64,000 nucleotides of DNA from an uncultured delta proteobacterium (GCA_963806225.1 CAWDXG010000004.1:4736001-4800000), one strand, 5' to 3'; shown: positions 37,441-48,804, counted from the stretch's first letter. Notes: generated by a model from the sequence alone, not told the origin. Numbers and translations are program-made.

Positions 37441-38659
37441 CTAGCCGCCGGCGACCTGCGACGGGAGTAACAATGTTGTCGCGAAAGCGGACATGGGCGG
37501 GGCAAGCCAGCGCAGGGACCGGCCGCGGCCGACGCGCTCCACTTTTCCTTCGCTCTCCAGAGCGGAGAGCGCACGCTGGACGCTGCGCTGGCTGGTGCCG
37601 AGCGCCAGCGCCAGCGCGGACGCCGCCCACGCCTGGCCGTCGCTGAGCAGCGCCAGCAGCGCCGCTGCGTCGCTCGCCACGGGCGGCAAGAGGAGGACCA
37701 CGCGCCGCGCGCGATGCGGGACCAGCAGGAATCCGTCGGGGGCGGCGCGGATGGCCGCCACGTCCGAAAGCGCGCGGCGCAGCCGCCCGATCTCCACGCG
37801 CAGGCGGGCGCGGTGGGATTCGTCGACCCGCCGCGCGCCGAAGGCCTCTCGAAGCAGCTCGTCCCGCTCGGCCGCTGCGGGCCAGGCGGCGGCGAGCACG
37901 CGCGCCAGGGCAAACAGCACCGGGCGCGTGTGCAGCCGGGCGACGGAGCCCGGCGCGCGCACGACGCGCCGGCAGCTGTCCACGATTAGCGCCCGCGAAG
38001 CGAGCAGGCGCTCGACCTCGAAAAGCGTGAGCGCGCGCTCGGTCCCCTCCGACACGGCGCGCGCGGCGGGAGCGTCCAGCATGCCGAGCGCGTGCTCGAC
38101 TTCCGAGACGAGTGCCGGGATGCGGGAACGCCGGGCATCCTCGAGCGCCCCGGACAGGTGCAGCTGCGCTCGCTTCGGCCGGATGCGCCGGAGCGCGACG
38201 TCCGCTCTCGCCAGCTCGCCGATGGCCGCGAGCATGGGCGGCGCCGAGCCGAGGTCGAGAATCGGCCAGCGCCCTGTCGGCTTCGTCCACGTTTCCGAGC
38301 AGGAGGCCACGGCGGATCGAGAGCAGGCGCATGTGCAGCGCGTTGACGCGATCGCCGTGCCGCTCGAGCACGGCCAGGGCCGCGTCCGCTCCGCGCAGGG
38401 GCGCGAGATTCCGCGCCGCGAACAGCACCTCGGCACGCGCCGCAATCGTGCGCGCGCGCGCCAGCGACTCGGTCGGCTCGAACCCGCGTGCTGCGCGTTT
38501 CAGGAGCTCGTCGGCCCGGGCGAGGTCGCCGAGCTGCGCCATGGCGATGCCGCGCAGGGCCAGCGCTGGTGCATCGTCGCGCAGCGCCACCCGGTCGAGC
38601 GCGCCGAGCGGATCGCCCACCGAGAGCCGGCGCGCGGCGGCGTTCAACAGCGAGTCCAT
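37441..38659 (-). CDS. Helix-turn-helix domain regulator; frameshifted near 38262
   Basis: MDSLLNAAARRL..GDPLGALDRVALRDD N-terminus continues in ORF 37441-38445 (RARLRVEIGRLR; ALALALGTSQRSVQRAL HTH). Confidence 0.8.
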
Positions 38660-38766
38660 CGCGCGGCGATCCTGGCCTGGAACAAGCCCGATCGGCAATC
38701 CCGACAGACTTGTTACTCCCCGGGAGCAGCTCCAGGGCCGTACAGATCCGGGCGAAGGAGGTTTTC

Positions 38767-39486
38767 ATGCAGGACACGAAACTCGAAGACCACACCAAGG
38801 TCAGCCAAGACAAGTGGCTCCAGGCGCGCAAGGCGCTCCTGAAAAAGGAGAAGGACTTCACCCGCCTGCGCGACGAGCTCAGTGCGGCGCGACGCGCCCT
38901 GCCCTGGGTTGAAGTGACGAAGCGCTACAGCTTCGACACGCGCTCCGGCAAGCGCACGCTCGCCGAGCTGTTCGACAACAAGAGCCAGCTCGTCATCTAC
39001 CATTTCATGTTCGGGCCGACCTGGGAGGCCGGCTGCAAGTCGTGCTCCTTCTGGGCGGACAACTTCGAGCGCAACGTGATCCACCTTGCGCACCGCGACG
39101 TGAAGCTGATGGCTGTCTCGCGCGCGCCGCTCGAAAAGCTCGACGGGTTCGCGAAGCGCCTCGGCTGGACCTTCGAGTGGGCGAGCTCGCTCGAGAGCGA
39201 CTTCAACTTCGACTTCGGCGTGTCGTTCACGCCGGAGCAGATGGAATCGGGAAGGATCGAGTACAACTTTGCCCAGCAGAAGGCGTTCGTGGAGGAGCTG
39301 CCGGGTATCAGCGTCTTCCACAAGGACGCCGACGGCACCGTGTACCGCACGTACTCCACCTACGGGCGAGGGCTGGATATCTACAACGCGGCCTACCACT
39401 ACCTGGATCTGGTCCCGAAGGGTCGCGACGAGGCCGAGATTGGCAACATGGGCTGGCTCCGGTTGAGGGACAGCTATGAAGACTGA
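38767..39486 (+). CDS. DUF899 (thioredoxin-like) protein
   Basis: WLQARKALLKKEK, RRALPW, QLVIYHFMFGP, GCKSCSF, SRAP, YSTYGRG; SD AAGGAGG. Confidence 0.92.
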   Translation: MQDTKLEDHTKVSQDKWLQARKALLKKEKDFTRLRDELSAARRALPWVEVTKRYSFDTRSGKRTLAELFDNKSQLVIYHFMFGPTWEAGCKSCSFWADNFERNVIHLAHRDVKLMAVSRAPLEKLDGFAKRLGWTFEWASSLESDFNFDFGVSFTPEQMESGRIEYNFAQQKAFVEELPGISVFHKDADGTVYRTYSTYGRGLDIYNAAYHYLDLVPKGRDEAEIGNMGWLRLRDSYED

Positions 39487-39754
39487 GTGCTGCTCCTCGC
39501 GGCGTGGCAAGGGCCGCGCCGCGAGGACCGCCCGCTGGTCGATCGTGCCGGGCCTGCTCTTGATGCTCGCGCCGAAATGTCCGATGTGCCTGGCGGCCTA
39601 CCTCGCCGTGTTCGGGGTGGGCGCCGGCACCGCTGCGCTCGTCGCACCCTGGCTCCGTCCCGTCGGGGTCTTGCTCCTGGGCGCTGCAGCGCTGGCGACC
39701 GCATGGATACTCTTCCGTGCGCGCCGCCGCCGTGATCGCGCCTTGATCCGCTAG
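39476..39754 (+). CDS. Small membrane protein with PKCPMC motif
   Basis: LMLAPKCPMCLAAY; hydrophobic; overlaps the DUF899 stop. Confidence 0.7.
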   Translation: MKTECCSSRRGKGRAARTARWSIVPGLLLMLAPKCPMCLAAYLAVFGVGAGTAALVAPWLRPVGVLLLGAAALATAWILFRARRRRDRALIR

Positions 39755-39833
39755 CACTCGTCCGGCGTTGGAGGACGCCAGGCGCTCCCGTCGGCCAGCC
39801 CGCGCGGCAGGACGTGCTCGACGAGATCGGCTC

Positions 39834-41192
39834 CTAGTTCGTAGGACACGCCGACGCCGACGGCACCGTGCACTTGCCGCCAGCGCAGACGGCGGGCGAA
39901 ATGCAGTGCGGACCGGTGGTCTCGTCGCAAGCGGCGCCATCCTGCGCGTCGACAACGCACTTGTCCTGGCTGCTGCCCTGGGGTGTGACGCAGGACGCGC
40001 CGGGCTCGCAGTAGAGCCAGCTGTAGCCGCCATCCACGCTGATGAGGCCGCAGGCTTCCCCCGCGGATGCGGTGACCTTCTGCTGGGTGCACTTGTTGGT
40101 GGACGAGTCGCAGAGCAGCCCCTTCACCCAGTTGCATCCGAGGGGATCCGCCGGATCGCAGCTCGCGCCCAGATCGCCCAACGGCGGCGCTTCGCAGACC
40201 TGGCTCGAGCCGCAGCGTAGACCCGAGTCGCAGTCGCCGGTGCTGGTGCAGCTCTGGCCGACCTGGCGCAGTGCCGCGCACTGGCTGTTCGAGTCGCAGT
40301 ACAGGCCATCAGCACAATCGCTCGAGTACGTGCAGCTCTGCCCGGCCGTCGCGCGCGGCGCTGCGCATTTGCTGTTCGAGCAGTTGCCGCTCTGGCAGTC
40401 GGAGCCGGATTGGCAGCTGGCTCCGCTCGCTGCCTCGTCCTGGCACGTGCCGCACGCGGCCCCGCTCGCGACGTCGCAACGCCCCGACTGGCACTGCGCT
40501 GAATCGAAACAACCGCTGCTGTTGGCCAACTGGGCTGTGCCGCCACAGCCCTGCCAGTTGCGGAATACCTGGGTGAGCTTGCCCTGGTACACGTCCGCGC
40601 AGGATTGCGCGCTGACCTCGCTCGCCAACACCGCGATGTCGGCCGGCAGGACTGCGACTCCCGGGGCTGCGAGCTCGTTGGTGCAGCTGAGCTGCTCGCG
40701 CGTCAGGCACAGCGCCTTGGTCGCAAAGGGGGCCCGTGCCGGCATGCAATTGAAGTACAGGTTGCAGAAGGCGCTCGCGAAGCTTGTGCAGGCGGTGTCG
40801 GCGCTGGTGCCAGCGTACTGGGCGCAGGCCGGGTCGGCATCCGCGCCGGCGTCGGTCGCACTGCCGCCCGCGGTCCCGCCACTGCCGGAACGTCCCACCC
40901 GTGTCCGCCGATGCGTCGCCCCCGCTACTGCCCGCACTGCCGCCGGTGGCTCCTCCCGCCATGCCGCCGCTGCCACCGCTCACCCCACCGGTGCCACCGC
41001 TCACCCACCGGCGCCACCGCTCACCCCACCGGCGCCACCGCTCACCCCACCGGCGCTACCGCCGATTCCTCCGATACCGCCAGCGTCGGTCTTGTTGTTC
41101 GAAGGGTTGCTGGAGCTGCTGTTCCCGCACTCCACCATGAGCAGGCCTGTGCAGATGGACGCAATCGCGAGTGTCAGCCGTGTCTTGCGCAT
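39834..41192 (-). CDS. Cys-rich lipoprotein (Dickkopf-like repeats); frameshifted near 41005 and 40890
   Basis: MRKTRLTLAIASICTGLLMVEC signal; GGAGGVS repeat linker; G.SC....DC..GL.C repeats in ORF 39834-40976. Confidence 0.75.
40972..41054 (+). repeat. Four tandem 21-bp repeats, one lacking a C
   Basis: GCCACCGCTCACCCCACCGG(C/T) units; the unit at 40993-41012 is 20 bp. Confidence 0.9.
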
Positions 41193-41832
41193 GAGTAGCT
41201 CCTGTTCTCCCAGTATCAGGACACAAGGACCGGCATCACTCCGGGCATCCTCACGTCTTGCCTGATGAAAAGGCTACTTTGCCGGTGCTCTGTGCGCAAG
41301 GCGCGGCTGGTCAGGCTCGCTGTGAACGTCATCGGGCCGAGAATTGCGTCCCCTTTTCCGCGCTGCCCAGCGTTGGCCCTCGCGCACTCCAACTGATTCC
41401 TCGCGCGATTGCGTGCCGGAGAGCGGCGGCTGCTCGACAAGTCCGGCAACGTGCAGCAGGTGGACGTATCGATGCTCCCTGTGGAGTGGAGGGCGAGCCG
41501 GCTCTCGCGCTCCAGGCATGCTAGCGCCCCATCGCGACACCAGGCCGAGCTGCGACCCCTTCGCCGTGTTCGTCTGGACCTCGAGCAGCTACAACCACCG
41601 CATCGAACGTTGACATGTAAGGAGGCGGCGGCGACCCGTGCTCGAATTGCCTGTCGTCATGCCACGGGCTGCCGTCCTGTTGTGTGCATGGACGAGTGCG
41701 GCGGCTCCTGCTGAGCGACTCCGCGTTCCTCCGCACGCCGCCTCCCGAAGACCGCATCGGCTTCGCTCCGGTCGGCGCGCTTCCGGCCGGGCACCTTCCG
41801 CGCCGCGGCTTGTCGGCGTATATCTGGCAGAT

Positions 41833-42396
41833 ATGGCGGAGAGCAGGGTTCGCGCGAACTACGTCAAGTACGCCATCGTGCGCGTCAAGACCCTGCCCGA
41901 GCCGGAGCGTGAGGCGGTGTTCAAGGTCCTGGGCGCTACGCGGGACGAGATCCGCTCGGCGGGGCTTCTGGCGTGGACGCCCATGCGCCTCTATGCCGAT
42001 CTGGTCGATGCGACGCGCAGCGCGCTCGGCAGCCGCGGTGCGCGGGACTTCTGGCGCGATACGATGGTGAGCAGTTTCGAGCGCCAGCTGTTGAAGCCGC
42101 TGGTGGAAGGCGCGCTTCGCCTGTACGGGCGTGCTCCGACCAGTCTGCTCAGGCGCACGCCACAGGCGTGGTCGCTGGTGTCACGGCACGGCGGCCGGAT
42201 CCATCTGGAAGGCGATCACCGCGTCCACTTCGACGACCTGCCGTTCGTGCTGCGGAAGGGTGGGGGGATTGTCGATTCGATGGCAGGCAACTGCGAAGCC
42301 ATCCTCGAGTACCTGGCGCGTCAGGGCAGCGTGACCGCTCACGACGAAGAGCTCATCCACGGCCGGATCTGGTTCGACGTGGATTGGCAGGACTAG
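41833..42396 (+). CDS. Myxobacterial hypothetical protein (DUF2378/V4R-like)
   Basis: LLAWTPM...LLRRTPQAWSLV...FDVDW pattern. Confidence 0.65.
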   Translation: MAESRVRANYVKYAIVRVKTLPEPEREAVFKVLGATRDEIRSAGLLAWTPMRLYADLVDATRSALGSRGARDFWRDTMVSSFERQLLKPLVEGALRLYGRAPTSLLRRTPQAWSLVSRHGGRIHLEGDHRVHFDDLPFVLRKGGGIVDSMAGNCEAILEYLARQGSVTAHDEELIHGRIWFDVDWQD

Positions 42397-42567
42397 GCGA
42401 CGCAAGGGCCGTCTCGACGGCCGATTGGGGCACCGTTCACATGGCCGGGGGACTGTGCGAACCTGCAGGAGCATGGGAAGTGGCTGTGGCTGGCTGGGCT
42501 GCGCGTGGCGCGTCGAGGCGGGGCCTCGCGCTGTACAATGGACGCGCCCTTTGTTGGAGGGCGTCGG

Positions 42568-44187
42568 GTGAGCGAAGACCACGTGGACGAGGCAGCGCCG
42601 GAAGACGGCGCGAGCGCAAGTGAACCCACGCTCGCCCAGCGCCTGGTGCAGGCTCTCACCGAGGCCGGCACGCTGAGCGGCGATGCGGAGGCGCTCGTTC
42701 CGCTGCACGAAGCCTTCGATCACGTGCTCGTGCGGCGCTTCGGAGCGTCGCAGCAGATCGTGTGCATCGTCGAATGCGTCCGCGATGCCGCGCGCGCCTG
42801 CCCGCTCGATCGGGACGAGTTGGTCGAGATCGGCAGGCGCTACCACGCAGAAGAGCGTCTCGGCATGATGCGCGCGCTGCACGTGTGCGTCTACGAAGTG
42901 GGGCGCGCGCAGAGCTCGCCGGACGACCACGCGCGCCTCGCACCACTGAAGAAGCGCGGCGGCCAGCCCTTCCTCAGCGCGTGGACGCTCGACGCCGAAG
43001 CGCCGCTGTGGACGAACGCGCCGCTCGGCGGCATGACGTACGGCCGCGAACAGCTCGAGCGCCTGCTCGCCGCGGCCGGCGCCCCCTCCGCGGCGGCGCC
43101 GCCTCTGCCCGGCGGGCAGCGCTTCCCGGTGGTGACGCTCGGGCTCTTGATCGCGCTGCTCGTGGTGTTTCTGTTCCAGATGCAGCGGGCGGGCTGGAGC
43201 GGCAGATTCGAACCACAGCAGCTGGTGGCAGACGGCGGCGTGATGCGCTCGTTGGTCGTCGTGAGCCACGAGTGGTGGCGGCTGTTCACCGCGCCGCTCC
43301 TGCACGGCGGCGTGATGCACATCCTCTTGAACGGCATCGCGCTGGCCATGGCGGGCTTCTTCCTGGAGCGGCTTGTGGGGCGCGTCTGGCTGTTCGCGCT
43401 GTTCGTCATCGGCGCGCTCGGCGGTTCGCTCCTCTCGGTACTGGTCAGTCCCGCGCACGTCGTCTCGGTCGGCGCTTCGGGCGCGATCATGGCGCTGTTC
43501 GCCGCCGGCATGGTCGTCGCCATGCGCCTTCCCGCCGGCTCGGTGCGCACGCGCGTACAGATGCGTCTGGGGCAGGTGCTGGTACCGTCGCTGCTCCCCC
43601 TCGCGAGCCATGGCGCGGATATCGGCAAGATCGACTACGGCGCGCACTTCGGTGGCGCGATCGCCGGCGTCGTAGCGGGCTACGTGCTCTACAAGTCGTG
43701 GCAGCGCGAGCGGTCAGAGCCGCCCGGTGAGCTGCTCGCGCGTGGCATCTCGTTTTCGGGCGCAGCGCTGTTCGCCGTCGGGCTCGTGTTCGCGCACCGC
43801 GCGGCGCCGCGCTATCTGCTCCTGAAGGAGCTTGCCCCCCAGAACGAGCTGCCGAAGACCATGGCCGGATGGCAGGCGCGCGAAGATGCGCTGATCGCCA
43901 AGTATCCCCACGATCCGCTGCTACGTGTGATGCGCGCTGGACGCGAGATCGACGCGCAGGCCTTCGGGGCGGCGGAGCGCGACGCGCGCGCCGCGCTCCG
44001 CGAGAAGCAGTTGCTCGCCGGGTACTTCAAGCCCGAGTTGGCGCTGCGGGGTCACGCCCTCCTCGGTCTCGCGCTTGAAGGCCAGGGTCGCCTCGACGAA
44101 GCGCGCGAGGCCGCGCGTCCGGCGTGCGGGCCTTCCTCGGTGTCCCAGGTAGTTCGGATCCTGCGCGCCCAGGGTCTGTGCGACTGA
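42568..44187 (+). CDS. Rhomboid-family intramembrane serine protease with C-terminal TPR-like helices
   Basis: EWWRLFTAPLLHGG.MHILLN, SVGASGA (catalytic Ser), AHFGGAIAG (His). Confidence 0.92.
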   Translation: MSEDHVDEAAPEDGASASEPTLAQRLVQALTEAGTLSGDAEALVPLHEAFDHVLVRRFGASQQIVCIVECVRDAARACPLDRDELVEIGRRYHAEERLGMMRALHVCVYEVGRAQSSPDDHARLAPLKKRGGQPFLSAWTLDAEAPLWTNAPLGGMTYGREQLERLLAAAGAPSAAAPPLPGGQRFPVVTLGLLIALLVVFLFQMQRAGWSGRFEPQQLVADGGVMRSLVVVSHEWWRLFTAPLLHGGVMHILLNGIALAMAGFFLERLVGRVWLFALFVIGALGGSLLSVLVSPAHVVSVGASGAIMALFAAGMVVAMRLPAGSVRTRVQMRLGQVLVPSLLPLASHGADIGKIDYGAHFGGAIAGVVAGYVLYKSWQRERSEPPGELLARGISFSGAALFAVGLVFAHRAAPRYLLLKELAPQNELPKTMAGWQAREDALIAKYPHDPLLRVMRAGREIDAQAFGAAERDARAALREKQLLAGYFKPELALRGHALLGLALEGQGRLDEAREAARPACGPSSVSQVVRILRAQGLCD

Positions 44188-44203
44188 GCGCGCCCCGGCT
44201 CGG

Positions 44204-45710
44204 CTACAAGAGCTCGTCCACCAGCTCCATCCCCGCTCCCACCGTTCCAGCGATGCTCGGAAACCCTGCCGAGGCATTGACGACCCACAGGTTATCGAGC
44301 GGTGTCTCGAACGGGATGCGTTTGCGCACGTTCAGCGGTGTCAGCGCCGAGCCGTACGCATTTCCGGAAGGGGCCCAGCAGTAGCGTTCGTTGGTGGCGG
44401 GGGTGCCGGTGATGGCCTTGACGATGTGGCGCGACAGGCCGGGGACGTAGCAGTCCTCGACGACCCCTACGATGCGGTCGCGGATGCGTTTCTTTTCCCG
44501 GTGGTAGCTCCGGGGATCGCGGTCGCGGAGCTCCTTGAACGGGGCGTAGGCGGCACTGGTGGCAAGCTCGAGGATTCTGGGTGCCGGGCGGGCAGAGGCC
44601 GGGCTCACCGGTGTGTAGCGTAGGCGTCGACATGAACAGCCAGGGGTCATCGAGCGTTCCGGGACCCTGCTGGCGGCGGTAGAGGACGTTCAGGTCATCG
44701 TGCGGGTAGTGCCAGACGTTGAAAGATCCGAAACCGTGGTCGCGCAGATCCAGGCCGCGCAGGCCGAGGTAGACGGTGACGGTGCTGGACGAGTAGGCGT
44801 AGTCGAGCTTCTCGACGTAGCGCTCCGGCAGCGCGCGCTCGCCGACGAGCGCGGCCGTCTGGCGTGGGTCGGCGTTGGAGATGTAGCGCTCGGCCCGGAA
44901 CGTCTCGCCCGCCTTCGTGCGGACGCCGACCACGCGACCTCGTTCCACCAGGATGCGTTCGACCTCGGTCTCGAGCAGCAGCCGGCAGCCGGGCTGTTCG
45001 CGGATGTAATCGGCGATACTGCCGATGAAGTGCTGGTAGTGCTTCTCGGGGTAGTAGGCGCCGCGGTCGTAGCCGCGGACGAGCGCGACGTGCAGAAGCA
45101 GCGAGACGTCCGCCGGCGGGAGCAGGTAGTCGCCGGCCTGCCCGGCCAGCACGGCCTGCAGGCGCTGCGGCATGCGCACGCGGTCGTAGAGCTGCTGCAG
45201 CGTCCAGCCCTGGTAGCGGAGCAGGTGCGGAAAGCGCAGCGGCGCGGCGGCGTAGTCGCGCCAGCCGGGCGTGTGCGGCATCGCGTCGAGCTCGCTGCCG
45301 ATGGCCATGATCGTGCGGAAGTAGCGGCGCAGCGGCTCGGCGGCGTCGGGGAAGCGGCGGATGAGCCGGTCGCGGAACTTCTCCAGGCCATTGGGAATGC
45401 GGTAGCGCTCGCCCGCGACCACGACGTGGTCGAAGCCTTCCGGGTCGAGGCGGTGGAAGCGCACCTGTTCGTGCAGGTCGAGCTGGCGCAGAAGCTCGTG
45501 CACCGGCTCGCCCTCGCCGCAGTTGAAGATGTAGTGCACCTGCGCGCAGAAGCGGAAAGCCCCCATCTGGAACGTGTGCGCGTAGCCGCCCGGCGTGTCG
45601 TGCGCTTCCAGCACCACGACGCGCCGTCCCTGCCGCGCCAGCAGCGCGGCCGCGGTGAGCCCGGCCATGCCGGCACCGATCACAAGATCGTCGAAGTCGT
45701 CCGCGGACAT
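44204..45710 (-). CDS. Phytoene-desaturase-family FAD oxidoreductase; frameshifted near 44578
   Basis: VIGAGMAGLTAAALLA...LEAH..PGG; C-terminus (TPATNERY...GNAYG, TPLDNLW) continues in ORF 44204-44650. Confidence 0.85.
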
Positions 45711-45817
45711 GCGCGGGCGAGCCTAGACCGGACGCTGTGGGATGCCGAGGTCCGGCGCTGCCTTGGTGATTTCGCGCCGCCTTTCGCGCGAGAGCGCGGA
45801 CGCGGACGCGGACGCGG

Positions 45818-46468
45818 TCACGGGCAGACGTGTACGGGTACCTTGCCGCCGCTGACGTTGCCGCCGGAGACAGGGTCGAGCTGGATGGCGCCGGTCGAGC
45901 CCGGGGCTGTTGGAGCGCTCAGTACCTCGACGTGGCCCGTGTAGCGTTCGGCGTGGCCGTCGATCAGGCTCAGGTTCGTGAAGGGCGATTTCGAGCCGCG
46001 CTTCCAGTCCACGGACACGCTCGTGTGCCGACCCTGGCGCGTCGTGCAATCCACCTGCGATTCGAACAGGATCAGCGTGTGGCCGCTGGGCGCGTTTGAA
46101 GGCACCAGGAGCGCCGAGTGCACGACGAGCGCGGGCGACGGCGTCGCGAACGACGAGCCGCTCCCGAACGTCACCGAGCCACCGAAGGTCACGCCGGCGT
46201 CGCCGGTGCCGAAGTGCGACGAGCCGCTGAACGACACTCGCGCGCCGCCGTCGACACTTGCATCGGGTGCACGCTGCGGCTGCACTCCCTCGGCGACGCG
46301 GGGCGCGCCGCCGTCGCCTGCCGGCGCGGGAGGTGCGCTCGCGTCCGCGCCCGGCGGCGGCACTTCGAGGACGGCCGCAGTCTTGGGCGATTGGGCCGCC
46401 GGCTGCGACGCGCCGCGCGGCGTGCACGCAACGGCCAGGAGCGCTAGCCACGCTATCGAGTGGTGCAT
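45818..46468 (-). CDS. Hypothetical lipoprotein
   Basis: LAVAC lipobox; Pro/Ala linker; beta-rich C-terminus ending VHVCP. Confidence 0.7.
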   Translation of the reverse strand: MHHSIAWLALLAVACTPRGASQPAAQSPKTAAVLEVPPPGADASAPPAPAGDGGAPRVAEGVQPQRAPDASVDGGARVSFSGSSHFGTGDAGVTFGGSVTFGSGSSFATPSPALVVHSALLVPSNAPSGHTLILFESQVDCTTRQGRHTSVSVDWKRGSKSPFTNLSLIDGHAERYTGHVEVLSAPTAPGSTGAIQLDPVSGGNVSGGKVPVHVCP

Positions 46469-46522
46469 GCCGACGGGCTACCCGCCGGTTTCGACGCCGT
46501 CAAGCGGCCGCGCCTGCCCGGC

Positions 46523-46894
46523 CTAGTTCCCGTTCCGGCACACCATGTGGTTCGACTTTTCGAGGCACTGGTAGCCGGCGCGGGTGCAGTCGGTGTTGCT
46601 GTTGCACGTCTGGTAGCAGACGGCGCTGATGCCCGAGTTCGGCGGCACGCCGCTCGCGTCGTCGATGCACACCGAGCCGGCCGGGCAGCTGTTGGGATCG
46701 GTCAGCGAGCAGCCCTGTGTGCAGTATCCACCGGGAAAGTCCTGGCTCTTGGCGCACAGGCCGCTCGCGCAGTCCCCGCCGCTCGCGCAGCCGCCGCCCG
46801 GCTGCGCCGTGCCCATGCCGCCGGATCCGGAGCTGCCGCATGCCACGAGGGAAAAGCCGAGGAACAGGAAGAGAGACGAGAGGATTCTGCGCAA
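46523..46894 (-). CDS. Small Cys-rich lipoprotein
   Basis: GGAGG SD + TTG; SLVAC lipobox; PGGYCT..C...C motif. Confidence 0.75.
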   Translation of the reverse strand: MRRILSSLFLFLGFSLVACGSSGSGGMGTAQPGGGCASGGDCASGLCAKSQDFPGGYCTQGCSLTDPNSCPAGSVCIDDASGVPPNSGISAVCYQTCNSNTDCTRAGYQCLEKSNHMVCRNGN

Positions 46895-47041
46895 GGGAGC
46901 CTCCAGGAGTTTCCGAGCCGGGTTCTCGATATCAGTACCCGCTGCCCGCCCAGAGCAGGCAGGCGCCGGCGCTTGACGGACGTGGTCGGCGCAGATAGCC
47001 ATGGAGCGGCCGTTTTGGCACTGACTGGGAACTCTTGATCG

Positions 47042-47764
47042 ATGGCACAGAACCCTCCGGGCCCGCCGGGTGCACCGCCCGGCGGCGGTTATCCGCCGCC
47101 TCCGCCGGGCGGCGGCTATCCGCCTGCTCCTGCCGGCGGCGGCTATCCGCAGCAGGCGCAGGACCCCTACGCGGCCGAGCGCGCGCTGAACGAGTGGGCG
47201 CAGGCGAAGGGCTACGCGCTCGGCAACACCCCGGACCTCGCCTGGTACCAGGGCTGGGCTCCGTTCGTGTATCTGCCGCGGCTTGCGCGCGTGGGGCGCG
47301 AGCTCCGCGTCGAGATGGGCGATGCGCGCGCCTTCATTGTCGAGGGCTATGAAGCCGACGCGGTCAAGCAGGCGGCCGGCGAGGATCGCTGTCTGTGCTC
47401 CTTCGTGATGTCGCAGCGGCTCGCCGCACGCGCGGCCATCCGATCGAAGACGGGCGGCGGCGTGGTCAACGAGATCAAGAGCGGCTTCGGCTCGCTGTTC
47501 TCGAGCGGCAGCGCCGGCGGCGTGCTCGGCGACCCGACGTTCGAGGGCCGCTTCGACGTCTCCACCCCGTCCCGCGAAGAGGGCAACCGTGCGCTGCCGA
47601 TGCCGCTCCGCCAGCACCTGCTGCAGTACAACTGGCGCGGCATCCTCGAGACGCGCCCGGGCGGCATGGCAGCGCAGATGTACGACGCGACGAGCTTCAA
47701 CGTCCAGACGCTGGAATGGACGCTCTCGACGCTCGGCTATCTGTACCAGCTCGCTGCCGGGTAG
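47042..47764 (+). CDS. Hypothetical protein with Pro/Gly-rich N-terminus
   Basis: PPGGGY repeats; LGDPTFEGRFDV; GC3-biased codons. Confidence 0.75.
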   Translation: MAQNPPGPPGAPPGGGYPPPPPGGGYPPAPAGGGYPQQAQDPYAAERALNEWAQAKGYALGNTPDLAWYQGWAPFVYLPRLARVGRELRVEMGDARAFIVEGYEADAVKQAAGEDRCLCSFVMSQRLAARAAIRSKTGGGVVNEIKSGFGSLFSSGSAGGVLGDPTFEGRFDVSTPSREEGNRALPMPLRQHLLQYNWRGILETRPGGMAAQMYDATSFNVQTLEWTLSTLGYLYQLAAG

Positions 47765-47769
47765 TTCGA

Positions 47770-48804
47770 TCAGCGCGGGCCGACGTACGACGGGAATTGC
47801 ACGTCGCGCTTGTCGACGAACGCGTGGTCCATCACGTTGCAGTGGTCGGCGATGCCCGGCAGCGCGAGGATCATGGCGTACTGCTGGCCAAGTCGGTGCA
47901 GCACGCGCACGCGGAGCGGCTTTCCGCGGGGAACAGTCGCCCAGACGCCGCGGCCCCGCTCGGCGAAGATGCGTGCCCCCGGCTGGATGACAACGGGTCC
48001 CTCGAAGGTGCCGGACGACCCGATGAAGTCGCGTGCCACGCCGCAGCCGCTGCCGTAGCCGCTGCGCGAGAGCAGGTGGACTGGCTCGACCTGCTCCACG
48101 CTGGTGCGAGGCACCCAGCCGGTGACCCTGGCGCCGCTCCTGTAGCGGAGCTCGACGGAGAGCTCGGTCGGGCGCTCGGCGAGCAGACGGAGATAGATCG
48201 AAGTGGGGTCGCCGAGCTTCAGCACGACCTTCCTGCCCGCGCCGGGCCACTGGAAGAGCGACAGCTCGTGCCCGCGCGGGCTCACGTACCTCGTCTTCGG
48301 GGAGAGCCGGATGTTGCTGTGCGCGCGCGCGCGATCCGAGACGTTGAGCGCCGCGCAGGACAGCGGCTGATCGGTCGCCACGACTTGGTCGATGACGTAC
48401 GGCTTCTTTTTCTTGTCGAGCTTCTGGGTCTGCTCGAACACGACGTTGCCGACTGCGTGCCCGCCCTGGGTGCGCAGGTGATCCACCACGGTGCCCTTGA
48501 CGAGCGTCACGAGTCCGCCGGGCGTGATGACCCGCCAGCGCGCGACGTAGCCGACCTCGGCGGCTTCGCCCTCGAACTCGATGGGTGCGACGACGTGCAC
48601 GGTGGACGCCGCACCGCGCTGCGTCGGGGGAGCGACGCTCAGCGGGACGCCGCTGAGCTTGACGTCGAACGTCTGGACGCCTTTCGGGTGCACCGTCACG
48701 GCGTGGATGCGCCCCGCCCGGCTGTGGACGCGGCATTTCTGCCCCGCTGGGCCGCCTAGCGAGGCGCCGAGCGCAAGCGCGAGGACCCAGGAGGACACGC
48801 CCAT
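47770..48804 (-). CDS. Hypothetical secreted beta-rich protein
   Basis: Signal peptide; basic beta-rich body, VTGWVP SH3-like motif. Confidence 0.7.
   Translation of the reverse strand: MGVSSWVLALALGASLGGPAGQKCRVHSRAGRIHAVTVHPKGVQTFDVKLSGVPLSVAPPTQRGAASTVHVVAPIEFEGEAAEVGYVARWRVITPGGLVTLVKGTVVDHLRTQGGHAVGNVVFEQTQKLDKKKKPYVIDQVVATDQPLSCAALNVSDRARAHSNIRLSPKTRYVSPRGHELSLFQWPGAGRKVVLKLGDPTSIYLRLLAERPTELSVELRYRSGARVTGWVPRTSVEQVEPVHLLSRSGYGSGCGVARDFIGSSGTFEGPVVIQPGARIFAERGRGVWATVPRGKPLRVRVLHRLGQQYAMILALPGIADHCNVMDHAFVDKRDVQFPSYVGPR

Noticed and set aside
38767..39486. DUF899 or other redox genes as additional selenoproteins
   Set aside because: The CxxC is encoded by ordinary Cys codons; I noticed no other in-frame UGA followed by a SECIS-like hairpin (not exhaustively scanned)
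41258..41757. Short Cys-containing ORFs between divergent genes
   Set aside because: No consistent frame, RBS or motif; possibly decayed sequence
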